Shown: in pieces, positions 11,461 to 23,879 of the stretch
How the letters are laid out: the number at the start of each line of letters is the position of its first letter
Numbering within the stretch: position 1 is the stretch's first letter
NCBI RefSeq assembly: GCF_963921235.1
Contig: NC_086097.1
Location: 128,590,001-128,654,000, forward strand
Length of the DNA: 64,000 nt
From: Mobula hypostoma
Taxonomy: Eukaryota
Direction of reading: 5' to 3'
Made by a program: the position numbers and the translations under genes
The notes under the pieces: model-generated
The model's database searches: none
Seen by the model: the letters and a program-made list of their open reading frames with translations, nothing else
What the model was told of the DNA's origin: nothing

Positions 11461-13233
11461 AATATTGATGTTGGACCCTTTTGCCGTCGGACCAGGAGCC
11501 ACACTCTGTCAAAGCCATGTGGCAGCTGAAGTACAGTGGCTGGCTCACATCATGAACATCTGACAGGCACCTTGCGCTCAAGTAAGCCACCTGCGCTGCA
11601 TGCTGTTCATCCTTAGTTTGCTTAATAAATGTTGACTGTTTCGGAATTCTTTTCCCTTTGTGTTTCACTGCGCAGTAAAAACTGATGGTTGTTTCTTTTT
11701 CCTCTTTTCAATGCTGTGTGCAGATCATTAATTCTCCGCAGGGAGCATGTGGTTCTCATTCACAAGGAAGCTCTAAAAGAAACTGTGTATTATGTAGGTG
11801 TGAAAGTGCTGCTAAACCAGCAGGGGAACTCTCTAAATGCGCCTTGGTGATTGAGCATTGAATGATGGAGTGGTACCTGAGTACCACGTAAGGAACTCAT
11901 TGTCCTTCCATTTCACACTCCAGTGACCGCACTGAGGTTAAACTTCAAACTAGAGATTTATGCAGGTTAGATAAATCGGTGGGACCTGTAGGGGATTGCA
12001 AATTTCTAAAAACCTCTCTGTAGCCCCAAAGGTGAGCACATGTTTTTAGTTTGCTGTCACTTAATTCTCCATTCCAACACACATTTCTGACTTCTCCCTC
12101 CGTGGGTTCTTAAACTGTCCCGGCAAAAACTAGTACAAGTTTAAGAAGAGGTGCCTTATCATCAGTCTTTGCATGTTACATTCTACCATAATCAACACTG
12201 AATTCAAATGTTTCAGATCAATTTCGCTATGTATCTTGCATGCAGATTTTTTTCTCTCATCTAGAGTGATGGAGAGGAGTCACACTGCAGGTCAACAGGC
12301 CATTCAGCCCAACTTGTCCATGCTACCAAAATGGTCCCCGAAGCTAATCATAAGCCTCTGAGCTTTTCCTGCTAATGCACCTGTCCAAATGTCTTTTACA
12401 TATTAGTATACCCTCCTCAGCCACTTAGCCTGGTAGTTCATTTCAAACACTCACCTGTAAGAAGAAGTTGCCTCTTGAGTCTCTTTTAAATCATTCTCAT
12501 CTCACCTTAAAGGAATGCTCTCTAGTTTTTGGTTCCGAATCCTGGAGTGAAAAAAAGAGTACACGTATTTCACAGAGTTACAGAAACACAAGCAGTTCCT
12601 ATTAGTAGGAGATGCCTGAAGCCTCTGCAGTAGCCAACAAATCCACTCTGCTGGTCTCCCAAATGCTCCTTTGTTTGTATGGGATGTACATAAGTTCCTC
12701 CAGCATTTTGTGAGTGTTGTTCTCTGGATTTCCAGCATCTGCAGAATCTATTGTGTTTGCATAAGTTGAGAGTTAGTAAGCTGGTATTATAAAACATTGT
12801 ACTTTCAGCTCTACCAGCTGGCTTACGTTTCTTAGCAAATATCTCCAGAGCAGAATTTACCCCTCGGTTTGGAAGCATGAAATTACAGCAACAAATGAAA
12901 TAGAGCTTAAGGCACTGCAGGTCATCCAGCCTGTTTTCTCTACGTCAAGGCTTGTGGATCATCTAAACTTTCTTCCATCCTGTCAAGCAACATTCTTTTC
13001 TGCACCTTTTCCTTGTTTTTATCCTTCTTCCACAGAAATATCTGTTATTTCCCTCAACTATTCCCTATGGGATAAAAAATAGCACTCTAACCATTCTTTG
13101 AGCAAAGGGAGATTGAGTAATTAAAGCAGATTCTGGAAATCTGAAAAAGAATTCTAGAAATATTTAAATATTTGGCAGGTTGGACAGCTTTCATCAGGAC
13201 AGAAAATATGTTAGCAGCTTTCGACGATGACAA

Positions 13234-13235
<2 letters not shown>

Positions 13236-13266
<31 letters not shown>
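13236..13266. repeat. (TC)n microsatellite
   Basis: Seen directly. Confidence 0.95.
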
Positions 13267-13269
<3 letters not shown>

Positions 13270-13494
13270 AAATATGATGCGTTTATTCAGTTTTCTCGTC
13301 AGTGTTATGTGATCAGAATTCTTAGCAAGTCATAATATTTGCTGTGAACCTTCATCTTAAAACATTTAGTTTTGACCATCACGGCTCAAAAAGAGACTGG
13401 CCAGCCTCTCCCGATAACTTTGCTCCTCTACTTCTGGCAACATCCTCATAAATCTTTCTGCAATCTTCCCACTCTAACCATATCTTCCCTATAA

Positions 13495-15783
13495 TCAGGC
13501 TTCAGTCAGGCTTGTTTGAAGAAATCTTTGTCCAATTACTACAAGCATATAACCAGTAATACCAGAGGTCCCAAAACAGTAGACCACTGCTATACCAAGG
13601 TAAGGAATGCCTACCGCTCTATGCCCAGACCACATTTTAAGAAATCTGATCACTTGGCTGTCCTTCTCCTCCCTGCAAATAGGCAGAGGCTAAAGAGCAA
13701 GGCCCCAAAGCTGAAGGACAATAAAGAGGTGGTCATGGGAGGCAGAAGAAGAGCTATGGGGCTGCTTGAAGTCGGTGGACTGGGCGTGTTTAAGGGTTCA
13801 TCTGTGGATCTGAATGAATACATCACAGTAGTCATGGACTTTATAAAAGCTGAGTGTGTTCCACAAAATCATTCTTAGTTTTTCCCAACCAGAAGCCCTG
13901 GATGAACCATGAGATCCGCAATCTGCTGAGGGCTAGATCAGAGGCATTCAAGTCTGGTGACTAAGAACGGTACAAGAGGTCCAAGTATGATCTCCTGAAC
14001 TCTATCTCACAGGTAAAGTGGCAATTCCAGACTACACTAAAATCAATGAAGGATGCACAATGACTGTGACAGGACTTGAATGCTATCACCTCTAACAAAG
14101 AGAATCAAACGACATAGGTGATGACGGAGTTTCACTTCCAAATGCCTTCTGTGCTTGCTTTGACCATCAAAACTTTGAGGAACCATCGCAAACTTCCAGA
14201 TTCCACCCCCCCGCCCACCACCTCCCGCAGACCCTGTGGTTTCAGTCTTTGAGGCTGACGTGAGAGCATCCTTCAGGAGGGTGAGTTCACAGAAAGCATC
14301 CAGCCCAGACAAAGTAGCTGGTTGAGTACTAAAGTCCTGTGCAATCAACAGACTGGAATGTATACTGAGATCTTTAACCTGGTGCTTTGGCAGTCTGAGG
14401 TATGCACCTGTTTCAAGCATGCTTCAGTTATACCACTGCCTAAGAAGAACAAGGTAACCCGCCTTAATTACTATCATCTAGTAGCTCTTAACTCCACTAT
14501 GAAGAAGTCTTTTCAGAAGCTGGTGATGAAACTTGGATCCATACCAATTTGCCTACTGGTACAACAGATCCACAGCAGATGCCATTTCATTGGCTCTTCA
14601 CTCAAACCTGGAACATCTGGACATCAAAGGTGCATACATCAGGATGCTCTTTATCGATTACTGCTCAGCATTCAATACTTCCCATCTCCTCAAAACTAAT
14701 CTATAAGCTTCAAGACCTTGGCCTCAATACTTCCTTGTGCAACTGGAGCATCAATTTCCTCACTTGCAGACCCCAGACAGTTCAGATAGTTCATAATTTC
14801 TAAGATAAGGACATGTTTGGCACAACTTTGTGGGCCAAAGGGCCTGTACTGTGCTGTAGGTTTTCTATGTTGCTATGTTTCTCAATTGGCAGCATCTCCT
14901 CCACAGTCTCCATCAGCACAGATGCACCACAAGGCTGTGAGCTTGGCAACTTACTCTACTTGCTTTACACTTATGACTGCATGGCTAAGCACAGCTTCAA
15001 TGCCATATTTAAGTTTGCTGACGACACCACTGTCATTGGCTGAATCAAAAGTAGTGATGATTCAATGTATAGGATGGAAATCTGGCTGAGTGGTGCTACA
15101 GCAACCTCTCATTCAATGTCAATAAGACCAAGATGTTAATTATTGACTTCAGGATGAGGAAATTGGAGGTCTGTGAGCCAGTCCTTATCAGAGGATCAGA
15201 GATGGAGAGGCTCAGCAACTGTAAATTCCTCAGTGTTATCATTTCAGAAGAGCTATCCTGGCCCCAGCAAGTAAGTGCAATTACGAAGAAAGGATGGCAG
15301 TGCCTCTACTTATAAGATTGCAATGATTCTGCAAGACATCTAAAACTTTCTCAAACTTCTAAGGATGTGTAATGGAGAATATATTGGCTGGTTGCATCAT
15401 GGCTTGGTATGGGAACACCAATGCCCTTGAATGGAAAATCCTACAAAATGGAATGGATACTGCCCAATCCATCACAGGTAAAGCCCTCCCCACCACTGAG
15501 CACAGCAGCATGGAGTGTTGTTGCAGGAAAGCAGCATCTATCATCAGGGGTCCCCACCACCCAGGTCACGCTCTCTTCTCGCTAATGTCACCAGGAAAAA
15601 AGTACAGGAGCTTCAGGACTCACACACCAGATTCAGCAAAAGTTATTACCCCTCAACCATCAGGCTCTTGAACCAGTGGGGATAACTTCACTCAATTTCT
15701 CTTGCCCCATCATTGAAATAATCCCTATAGATTCTATTTCAAGGACTTCATTTAATATTCTCAATATTTATTTATTTATTTAT

Positions 15784-15815
<32 letters not shown>

Positions 15816-16022
15816 TTATTTATTTATTTATTATTTTTTTGTATTTGCACAGTTTATTGTATTTTGCACTTTGGTTGTTTGTCTGCCCTGTCAGGTATGG
15901 TTTCTCATTGATTCCATTATGATTATTGGATTTATTGAGGATACTCACAAGAAAATGAATCTCAGTGTTGTATATGGTGACATATATGTTCTTTGATAAT
16001 AAGTTAACTTTTAACTGTGAAC
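13495..16022 (+). mobile_element. Rex1/Babar LINE (APE end and RT, decayed), with a nested CR1 tail at about 14795-14880
   Basis: [50 protein letters not shown] motifs; (TTTAAC)-type tail. Confidence 0.9.
15765..15835. repeat. Compound (TATT)n(TATC)n microsatellite in the Rex 3' UTR
   Basis: Seen directly. Confidence 0.9.
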
Positions 16023-17529
16023 TATAACAGGTGACCAATACTGTACACAGTACTCTAAGTGCAGCCTCACCAACGATTTATACGACTGTAGCACAATGTC
16101 TTAAATCCTATATTCAGTGACATGACTGATGAAGACCAGCATGCTAAATACCTTTTTCGCCACTGTCTAGCTCTAGTGTCTAACCATTCATAGAGTTAGT
16201 CCTACATTAATTTCACTTTGCAAAATGCACCACCTCACACTTATGTGTGCTGAAGTCTATTTGCCACTTCGCAACCTAGTTCACTAACTGCCTAAGATCC
16301 ACCAGCAAATCTTCTTTACAGTGAATAACACTCCTAATTTAAATCCTGATGTCCTCTAACAACAGTGGACTGGACTCTGAACTTGTGCAGTGGGAGGTGG
16401 GTAATTGGTCAACTGTTTTTCTCCCCCCCCCACCGCCACCCTGGTCTCCTGAGGTCAATCACACAGGATATGTGAGGAGCAGTCAACCAGTCGTCATCTA
16501 CATTACTGAACATGCACAAGTCGGAAGTGTTGCCTCAGATGCCATTTGTACAGTGCAGCCATCACTGTAATTGAAAAGGTCTGCTTCCCTCGAAACTCTG
16601 CACCACATCAATTACTTCCACATGGGGGGAACGAAACTGCACCAGCAGCTGGACTTCTAGCTGTCGGTAATTACGGGCTCAATTAATATTTTCACATCCT
16701 GTTAATTCTGATCAACAGATGAGAGGCTGTGAAATCCAGAGGGTGTTTATAAAATGGCAAAGGTTACTCTGAATATCAGAAAGGGGTCAAGTGGTTTAGC
16801 TTTCATTTCTAATGCAGACCTGTTCTTTAGGGGAGGCATTAACTAGGGACGAGGGCAGAGTAATGTCTGGGTGTACGTTTGTCCTGTAGCTTGCATGTTA
16901 TGTTAGTTATTCAGAACCTTGGGCTGATGATCCAAAGACACGAGTCCCCCACTGTGACAGATGGGGAAGTTCAATACAGTTAATTAAATGAATCAGGAAT
17001 AGGAATGTGAGTGGCTAAAGTAATGACTGTGAAACTCCTGGACGGTTATATAACAGGCATCAGGTGATGTAATTTACAGAAGGAAATCCCGTCAGTCATT
17101 ATTCAATCTGGTTTACACGTGACTTCAGACCACCCATCCCTCCTCCCCTCCCTCCTGTCAGAATGTATCACGGCTGAGACCACAACAAGCTACATAGAGT
17201 TGTGGTCGTCCATGTCTACACGTCCTGTGCCTCAGTAAAGCAGCCAACATAATCAGAGGCCATTCCCAGCCAGGACGCTCCCTCTTCTCTCCCTCCCAAT
17301 GGGCAGAAGATGCAAAAGCCTGAAAGCATGTACTACCAGGCTCAAGGGCAGCTTCTATCCCACCATTATAGACTATTGAATGGACATCGTGTATGATAAG
17401 ATAAACTTTTGACCTCACAATCTACTTCATTGTGGTCTTGCATCTCCTCTATTGACACTGTAGCCTTGCTGTAAGTGTAACACTATACTTTGTATTCTTC
17501 TCTATTTTTTTCTTTGTAGTATCTCCTAT

Positions 17530-17880
17530 GAATTCCACAGATACACCATCCTAAAGTTCCTCCTCATCTCAGTTCTAAAGGACATCCCTTTATTCTGAGG
17601 CTGTGCCCTTGGATCCCAGACTCTCCTACTAATGGACACATCTTCTCCAAGTCCACTGTTTCGAGGCTTTTCAGTATACATTAGGTTTCAATAACATCCC
17701 TCTGAATTCCATTCAGTACAGGATCAGAACTATCAAACTCTCCTCATACTGTACATTAAGACTTCCATTCCTACAAGCATTACTGTGAACCTCCTCTGGA
17801 CCTTCTCCAGGCCAGAATATATTTCCTAATATACAAGACCCAAAACTGCTCACAATATCCCTAATGCTGTCTGACCAATC
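17530..17880 (-). mobile_element. CR1 fragment
   Basis: Minus strand encodes decayed CR1 ORF2 C-terminus (GGTCCAGAGGAGGTTCAC). Confidence 0.7.
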
Positions 17881-19340
17881 ACAGACAAGGGAAAATCCGC
17901 AAATACTGGAAATCCAAGCAACACACACTAAGCATCTGGAGGAACTTAGCATCTATGGACAAGAGTAAACAGCCGACATTTTGGGCCAACATTCTTCATC
18001 AGGACTGGAGAGAAAGATGTGAGAAGGTGGGTGGAGTGAAGGAAGAAAAACAAGGTGGTAGGTGATAGGTGAAACTGGGAGGGGGGGTGAAGTAAAGAGC
18101 TTAGAAGTTGATTTTTGAAAGAGATAAAGGGCTGGAGAAGGGAGAATTAGATAAGAGAGGACAGAAGGCCATGGAAGAAAGGGAAGGGGGGAAAGCACCA
18201 GAGGGAGGTGATGGGCAGGTAAGGAGATAAGATAAGAGAGGGAAAGGGGGATGGGAAATGATGAAGGAGGGGGGTCATTACTGGAAGATCAAGAAATTGA
18301 TGTTCATGCCATCAGGTTGGAGGCTACCCAGATGGAATATAAGGTGTTGCTCCTCCATCCTCAGTGTGGCCTCATCGTGACAGTAGAGGAGGCCATGAAC
18401 TGATATGTCGGAATGGGAATGGGAAGTGGAATTAAAATGGGGGGCCATTAGGAAATTCCGCTTTTTCTGGTGGATGGAGCGTAGGTACTCAGCGAAGCAG
18501 TCTCCCACTCTACGTCGGGTCTCAGCAATGTACAGGAGGCCACACTGGGAGCACCAGATACAGTAGATGACACCAACAGACTCACAAGTGAAGTGTTACC
18601 TCACCTGGAAGGACTGTTTGGGGCCCTGATGGTAGTGAGGGAGGAGGTGTAGGGGCAGTTGTAGCACTTACTCCACTTGCAAGGGTTGGTGCCAGGAGAG
18701 AGATCAGTGGGGAAGAATGAATGGACAAGGGAGCGATCCCCGTGGAAAGGAGAGAGTCGGGGTGGTGGGGGGGAGGGAAAGTTGTGCTTGGTGGTGGGAT
18801 CCCATTAGAGATGGCAGAAGTTATGGAGAATAATGCAGAGGCTGGTGGGGTGGTAGGTGAGGACAAGAGGAACCCTATACCTGGTGGGGTGGCAGGAGGA
18901 TGGGTGAGGGCAGATGTGAACGAAACGGAACAGATGCAGTTGAAGGCAGTGTTGGTGGTTCAGGAAGGGATGCCTCTTTCTTTGAAGAAGGAGAACATCT
19001 CCTTAGTTCTGGAATGAAAAGCCTCATCCTGACAGCAGATACAGCAGAGATGGAGGAATTGAGAGAAAGGAATGGCATTTTTATAAGGAACAGGATGGGA
19101 AGAGGTATAGTCCAGGTAGCCGTGAGAATCAGTGGGTTACAAAGGATATTAGGAAATAGACTGTTTCCAGAGATAGAGACAGAAAAATCAAGAAAGGGGA
19201 GGGAGGTGTCAGAAATGGACCAGGTAAATTTGAGGGCAGGGTGGAAGTTGGAGGTAAAGTTGATGAGATCTGCATGGGTGCAGGAAGCAGCACTAATGCA
19301 GTCATTGATGTAACGTAGGAAAAGTTGGGGAGTGATACTA
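17880..19340 (-). mobile_element. Older Penelope-like element, frameshifted
   Basis: ORF pieces FLRYINDC, NFHPALKFTWSISD, HFNSTSHSHSD, LQPDGMN; decayed hammerhead near 17970-18007. Confidence 0.9.
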
Positions 19341-19417
19341 GTATAGCCTTGGAGCAATGCAGTCTGACCAATGTCCTCCAAGCCCTCAGCAACACTGTGA
19401 AGTCCGATGCACCTTGA

Positions 19418-19791
19418 ACAAGTCTGGCCATTCTCCTCTGACCTCTTTCATTAACAAGACTTTTTTGCCCACAGAATTACAACTCACTAGATGTCTTTTT
19501 ATATTTCATACCATTCTCTGTAAACTCTAGAGAATATTGTGCATGAAAATCCCGGGACATCAACAGTTTCTGAGCAACTCAAACAACTCCGTCTGGCATC
19601 AACAATCACTTCATGGTCAAATAACTTAGATCACATTTCTTCCCGATTCTGATGTTTGGTCTGAACGACAACTGAACCTTTGACCATGTCTGCATGCTTT
19701 TATGAATTGTTGCTACTACATCATTGACTGATTAAGTAATTGCATTAACGAGCATGTGTATAGGTGCACCTAATAAAGTGGTCATTGAGTG
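19418..19791 (-). mobile_element. Tc1/mariner transposon left end with N-terminal transposase remnant
   Basis: TIR-like CACTCAATGACCACTTTATTAGGTGCAC on the minus strand, followed by a decayed GKKCDLS..DHE.IVDARR…SETVDVPGFS..IFSRVYREW HTH region. Confidence 0.75.
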
Positions 19792-20934
19792 CACAATTGC
19801 AAAATAATTTTCCAACTCCTATATTCAGTGAGCTGAATGATGCCCACCAGTATACTAAATGCCTTCTTCACCAGCCATCTCCCTGTGTCGCTGCTTTCAG
19901 TGAACTATCCACTTGAACTCCTAGGTCCCTTTGTTATGCAACACTTCCTAGGGTCCTATTATTCACTGTTTAAGACATTTGCTAGCTTGATCTCCAGCAA
20001 CGCAATGCCTCATATCCTTAAGGATAGCTTTCAGAAAGGAAAAGTCTATATAAAAGCCTCACGTTTTGTCAGGTGAAAATAGAGCTAATTAAAGGAGGGG
20101 TTAGGACTGGGGAAAGAGAGGTGCTCCTTCCTACAGAGTGCTCATGTGGGATGTTTTTTCTCTGTAGTGGATGCATGTTGAGTGTCTTATTGAATGCATC
20201 TGTCATTGTACAATCCTCGCTGTTCTGATGCCATATGTAATGGCAGATCATGAGGCCGGTGTCACAGGAACTGGAGGAGACTTGTTTTGTAGGGATGAAG
20301 TCCAGGGCTTGCTAAGATCAGTGTTTCAGAAGAGCAGAACCCTGCAACGGCAGCCATAAACCTGTGGGAGGTTTTCAGAGAGCCAGGCAGGCAGGGATGG
20401 AAGTGATTATGTCACAGACATCAGCGAGATAGAGTACATTCTGGAATAATAGGAATAGGAAAAGCAAAAGGGCTATCAAACACACCCCCCATCTGACCTC
20501 CTTGTAGTTTATCTGGCCACAATGAAAGATCAGGCCACTTTCTCCCTCTAATGATTTCCTCAGTAATCAAGCAACGGAAGTCGTTGAGTGCAGCGTGATT
20601 AGTTGTAAGGCACTTGCTAATCATTTGGTTCTCATGCTCAGAGCTGACAAATTCGTCTGCAACTCGGGGGCTCCGTTCAGTAGCTCTGGCAAGCAGGCTG
20701 CAAGGCCAGCGTTAGTTCCTGAGTAGGTGCTAATAGGCTGCTCCTCAGCCCAAAGTTTCTCATTTTGCTTCAAGCAGTGTGAGTCAGCAGAGGATCTATT
20801 CTGCAGTTTGTATTAAACTGACCTATGAGGAATAGTGCTTAAACCTTTGAAGGGAGAGTGCCTTTAAACTGCTCAGTTGTTGAGTGATGGTGTTGAAAAA
20901 GTGGGTAAGGGAAGATAAAGTTCCCAAATATGAT

Positions 20935-21070
20935 TCCTGATGGAAGGTCTCGGCCCAAAACGTTGACTGTTCACTCTTTTCCATAGATGCTGCCTGGCCT
21001 GCTGAGCTCCTCCAGCATTTTGTGTGTGTTGCTTGCATTTCCGGCATCTGTAGATTTTCCCTTGTTTGTG
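20935..21070 (+). mobile_element. Isolated PLE 3' terminus with decayed hammerhead
   Basis: CCTGATGGAAGGTCTCGGCCCAAAACGTTGACTG…ATAGATGCTGCCTGGCCTGCTGAG…. Confidence 0.8.
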
Positions 21071-21995
21071 AAAGTTCCCAAAGTGTTGGCTGGGTCAGGA
21101 TCTAATAACATCAGCACATGTGGAATCAAAAGTATATTGAAGTATCAGTAGTAGAGATCATAGAGCAGTACAAAACAGGAATAGGGCCTTTGACCCATGA
21201 TGTTATGCTGAACTAAGTAAATTAGTATTTAAATGCCTAGCTACTGTAACTTCAACTATTCTGTCAAATAATTTCCATATCCCTCCATCTTCCACACATT
21301 CACATGCTTGTCAAAGAGCCTCTTAGATGACGCTATCACATTTGCCTCCACCTTCATTCCACAGGCCCACCATTCTTCAAAACATTCCCTCATCTGCTGC
21401 ATATCTGTTTCTCAATGTTCCAGTGGCCATTGGGGGACAGTCATTAGAATGACTGCACCCTTTTTATTTTTGAGTTCTACACATACAGGCTCAGTGGATG
21501 AACCTCCCCATCGTGGCTTCTGAGTGCAGCTGTATTGCCTCTGATAATAGAGCAACTCAATTCCACCCCCCTCCCCACCCACACCCCAACCCTTTTACCT
21601 CCTTCACTATCTTTACTAAAACATTGAGTCCCTGGAATATTAAGCAACCAATCCTGTTTCTCCCTCTCTCTCTCTCAACTGAGTCAATGTAATCTCTACA
21701 ACATCATAGCTGAACTGCGTGAAATCTGTGGCAGTAGCACCATTCTAACTGTCTTACTACATTCCTTGTGAAGCAATGCAGTGAAATATCTCACTCTTAC
21801 TTATGTCTGTAATTTAACTCGCCCAATATTCTTCAAGATGTTTGTGTCCTTCTACCTTCGGCCTGTTAATCACCCATGAATTTCATCACTCTACTGTTCT
21901 GGCCAGTATTCACCTACTAAGACCTCAGTTCTGGAATAGCCTCCTTAAGCCTCTCTATCTCTCTTTGCTCATTTAAAAAGATTCTTCAATGTATT

Positions 21996-22224
21996 TGTTA
22001 TGATTTGTACCACTAGAAACTAATTGAAAAGAAAACACAGGAGCTGAGATAAACGTTTTACTTTAGTGAGGCGCTCACATATGATGTGGTGGCCTAATGA
22101 CGTAGGCCATTGACATACTTTTGCACATAACCCATACTGAATTACGTAAAGAACAAAGAATTGTTAATCAAACAACATATTTACAATATTACTCAATGAT
22201 TACTAAAATATTAAATACACAACA
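21996..22224. mobile_element. Short solo-LTR-like element
   Basis: TGTT…AACA termini; imperfect 5-bp TSD GTATT/GTGTT. Confidence 0.5.
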
Positions 22225-22518
22225 GTGTTCTCTTCTTGTTAATCTATTGAGCATCAGCCCGAATATTCTGCTTATGTGGGCTGACACTATTTTCACTCTG
22301 ATATGAACAGAAAAAGATAGGAACATGCAGAGACCACTCAGACTTCTGTGTTTTCTCCTCCATTCTGTACTATCACAGCTCTGTTTTCCTGCATGTTACC
22401 TCCCCGTAAAAATGTAAAGGGTCGTAAAGATGTAAAGGTAAAGTAGTTCAGGATTCCATAAGGATAACACAGTTTGATTGGTAATAAGGCAGGAAAATTG
22501 AATGTGAGTATTTGTTTG

Positions 22519-23550
22519 ACATAGAGTGGTTGTCCTTGCTCTCTGCATTTCTCTTGTAGCTGTCGAAGGGAGAAGGTCATATCGATTGTGGAGCGTTCTG
22601 ACCACTGAGACTCGGGATATACCCTTTCGGCTATTTTCTGCAGACTGTTCAGGACCATGTGGGCGAAGACCTTCCCAATGATGCTCAGCAAGGAGATTCC
22701 CCTGTAGCTGTTACAGTCGCTTCTGTCCCCTTTGTTCTTATATATGGTGACAATGTTGCAGCCTCTCATGTCTTGCGGCACTGCTCCCTCTATCCAGCAC
22801 TGGCACAGGTGATTTAGCAGGATGTCCTTTGCGCATTTGATGACCTCTGATGGAATGCCATCCGATCCTGGTGCCTTCCCAGTGGGCAGGCTGTCGATGG
22901 CTTTACTCAGCTCTTTTGGCAATGCATCAAGTTCCTCCATGACAGGCAGGCATTCCACGGTGTCTTGCGCACTGTCCAAGATGCTGTTTTCTCTGGAGAA
23001 GAGTTCAGAGTAATGCTCCACCCATCTCTCCATCTGCTTGCCTTTGTCATTGATGGTCTCACCTGTTATGGTTTTCAATGGTGCTGTCTTGCTCTGGGTT
23101 GGTCCGATGGCTTTCTTGATCCCCTCGTACACTCCACGGATGTTGCCTGTGTCAAATGATGACTAAATGCTTTTGCATAGTTGTAGCCAGTAGTCATTTG
23201 CACAGCGTTTCAAAGACGTTTGCAAGAGAGACATGAAGTCACTGAAAATGAGCGTCAAGAGGTGGGAGGACATTGCAACCGATTGCTCTCATTGAAGGCT
23301 GGAACTACGCAGAGGTCTAAAAAGAGGAGAAGAGAAGCGGAAGCTTGCTGCTGAAGAAAAGCACACTCGTCGGAAAAACAGCACCAAGACAACACTGGAG
23401 GACAGCGCCTTCAAGTGCAGTCGCTGCAGCCGAGATTGTCACTCCCGTGTGGGCCTCTACAGCCAAAACAGATGCTGCTCTAACACAGACTGAAGCAAGA
23501 CTTTCCAGGCGCAGATCCATGGTCTCGCGAGACTAACGGATGTCACCACC
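22519..23550. mobile_element. RTE-clade LINE with 5' inversion (minus 22519 to about 23210; plus about 23205-23550)
   Basis: Minus ORF GKAPGSDGIP, KGDRSDCNSYRGISLLS, PESQ, LRQLQEKCREQ; plus-strand C-terminus RFKDVCKRDMK, CSRCSRDCHSRVGLYS, RTE 3' end; TSD AGTATTTGTTTG at 22507-22518 and 23551-23562. Confidence 0.9.
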
Positions 23551-23855
23551 AGTATTTGTTTGGAGAGGACTTGAATATAAAAGCAAGAATACACTGCTGA
23601 AGATTTTTAAGGCATTGGTTAGACTACATTTGGAATACAGTGTACAGTTTTGGGCCCCATATTCGTAGGGAGATATGTTGGCCCTGGAGAGGACCCAAAG
23701 GAGGTACACAAGAATGCTTAAGAGAATGAAAGGTGTAATGTAGAAAGATTGCATGATGGATCTGGTCCTACACAGAAAGATGAGGAGAGATCTTATCGAA
23801 ACTTACTGAAAATACTGGTAGGTTTGGATAGAAAGGACGTAGAAAGGTTGTTTAT
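23551..23855 (+). mobile_element. Old CR1 fragment that hosts the RTE insertion
   Basis: GAATATAAAAGCAAG…GCATTGGTTAGACTACATTTGGAATACAGTGTACAGTTTTGG (LVRLHLEYSVQFW). Confidence 0.75.
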
Positions 23856-23879
23856 CGTATGCCTGCAAATGCCCTAAAA

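Noticed and set aside
11742..11800. Possible small exon after TTCTCCGCAG
   Set aside because: Weak donor site and no recognisable peptide.
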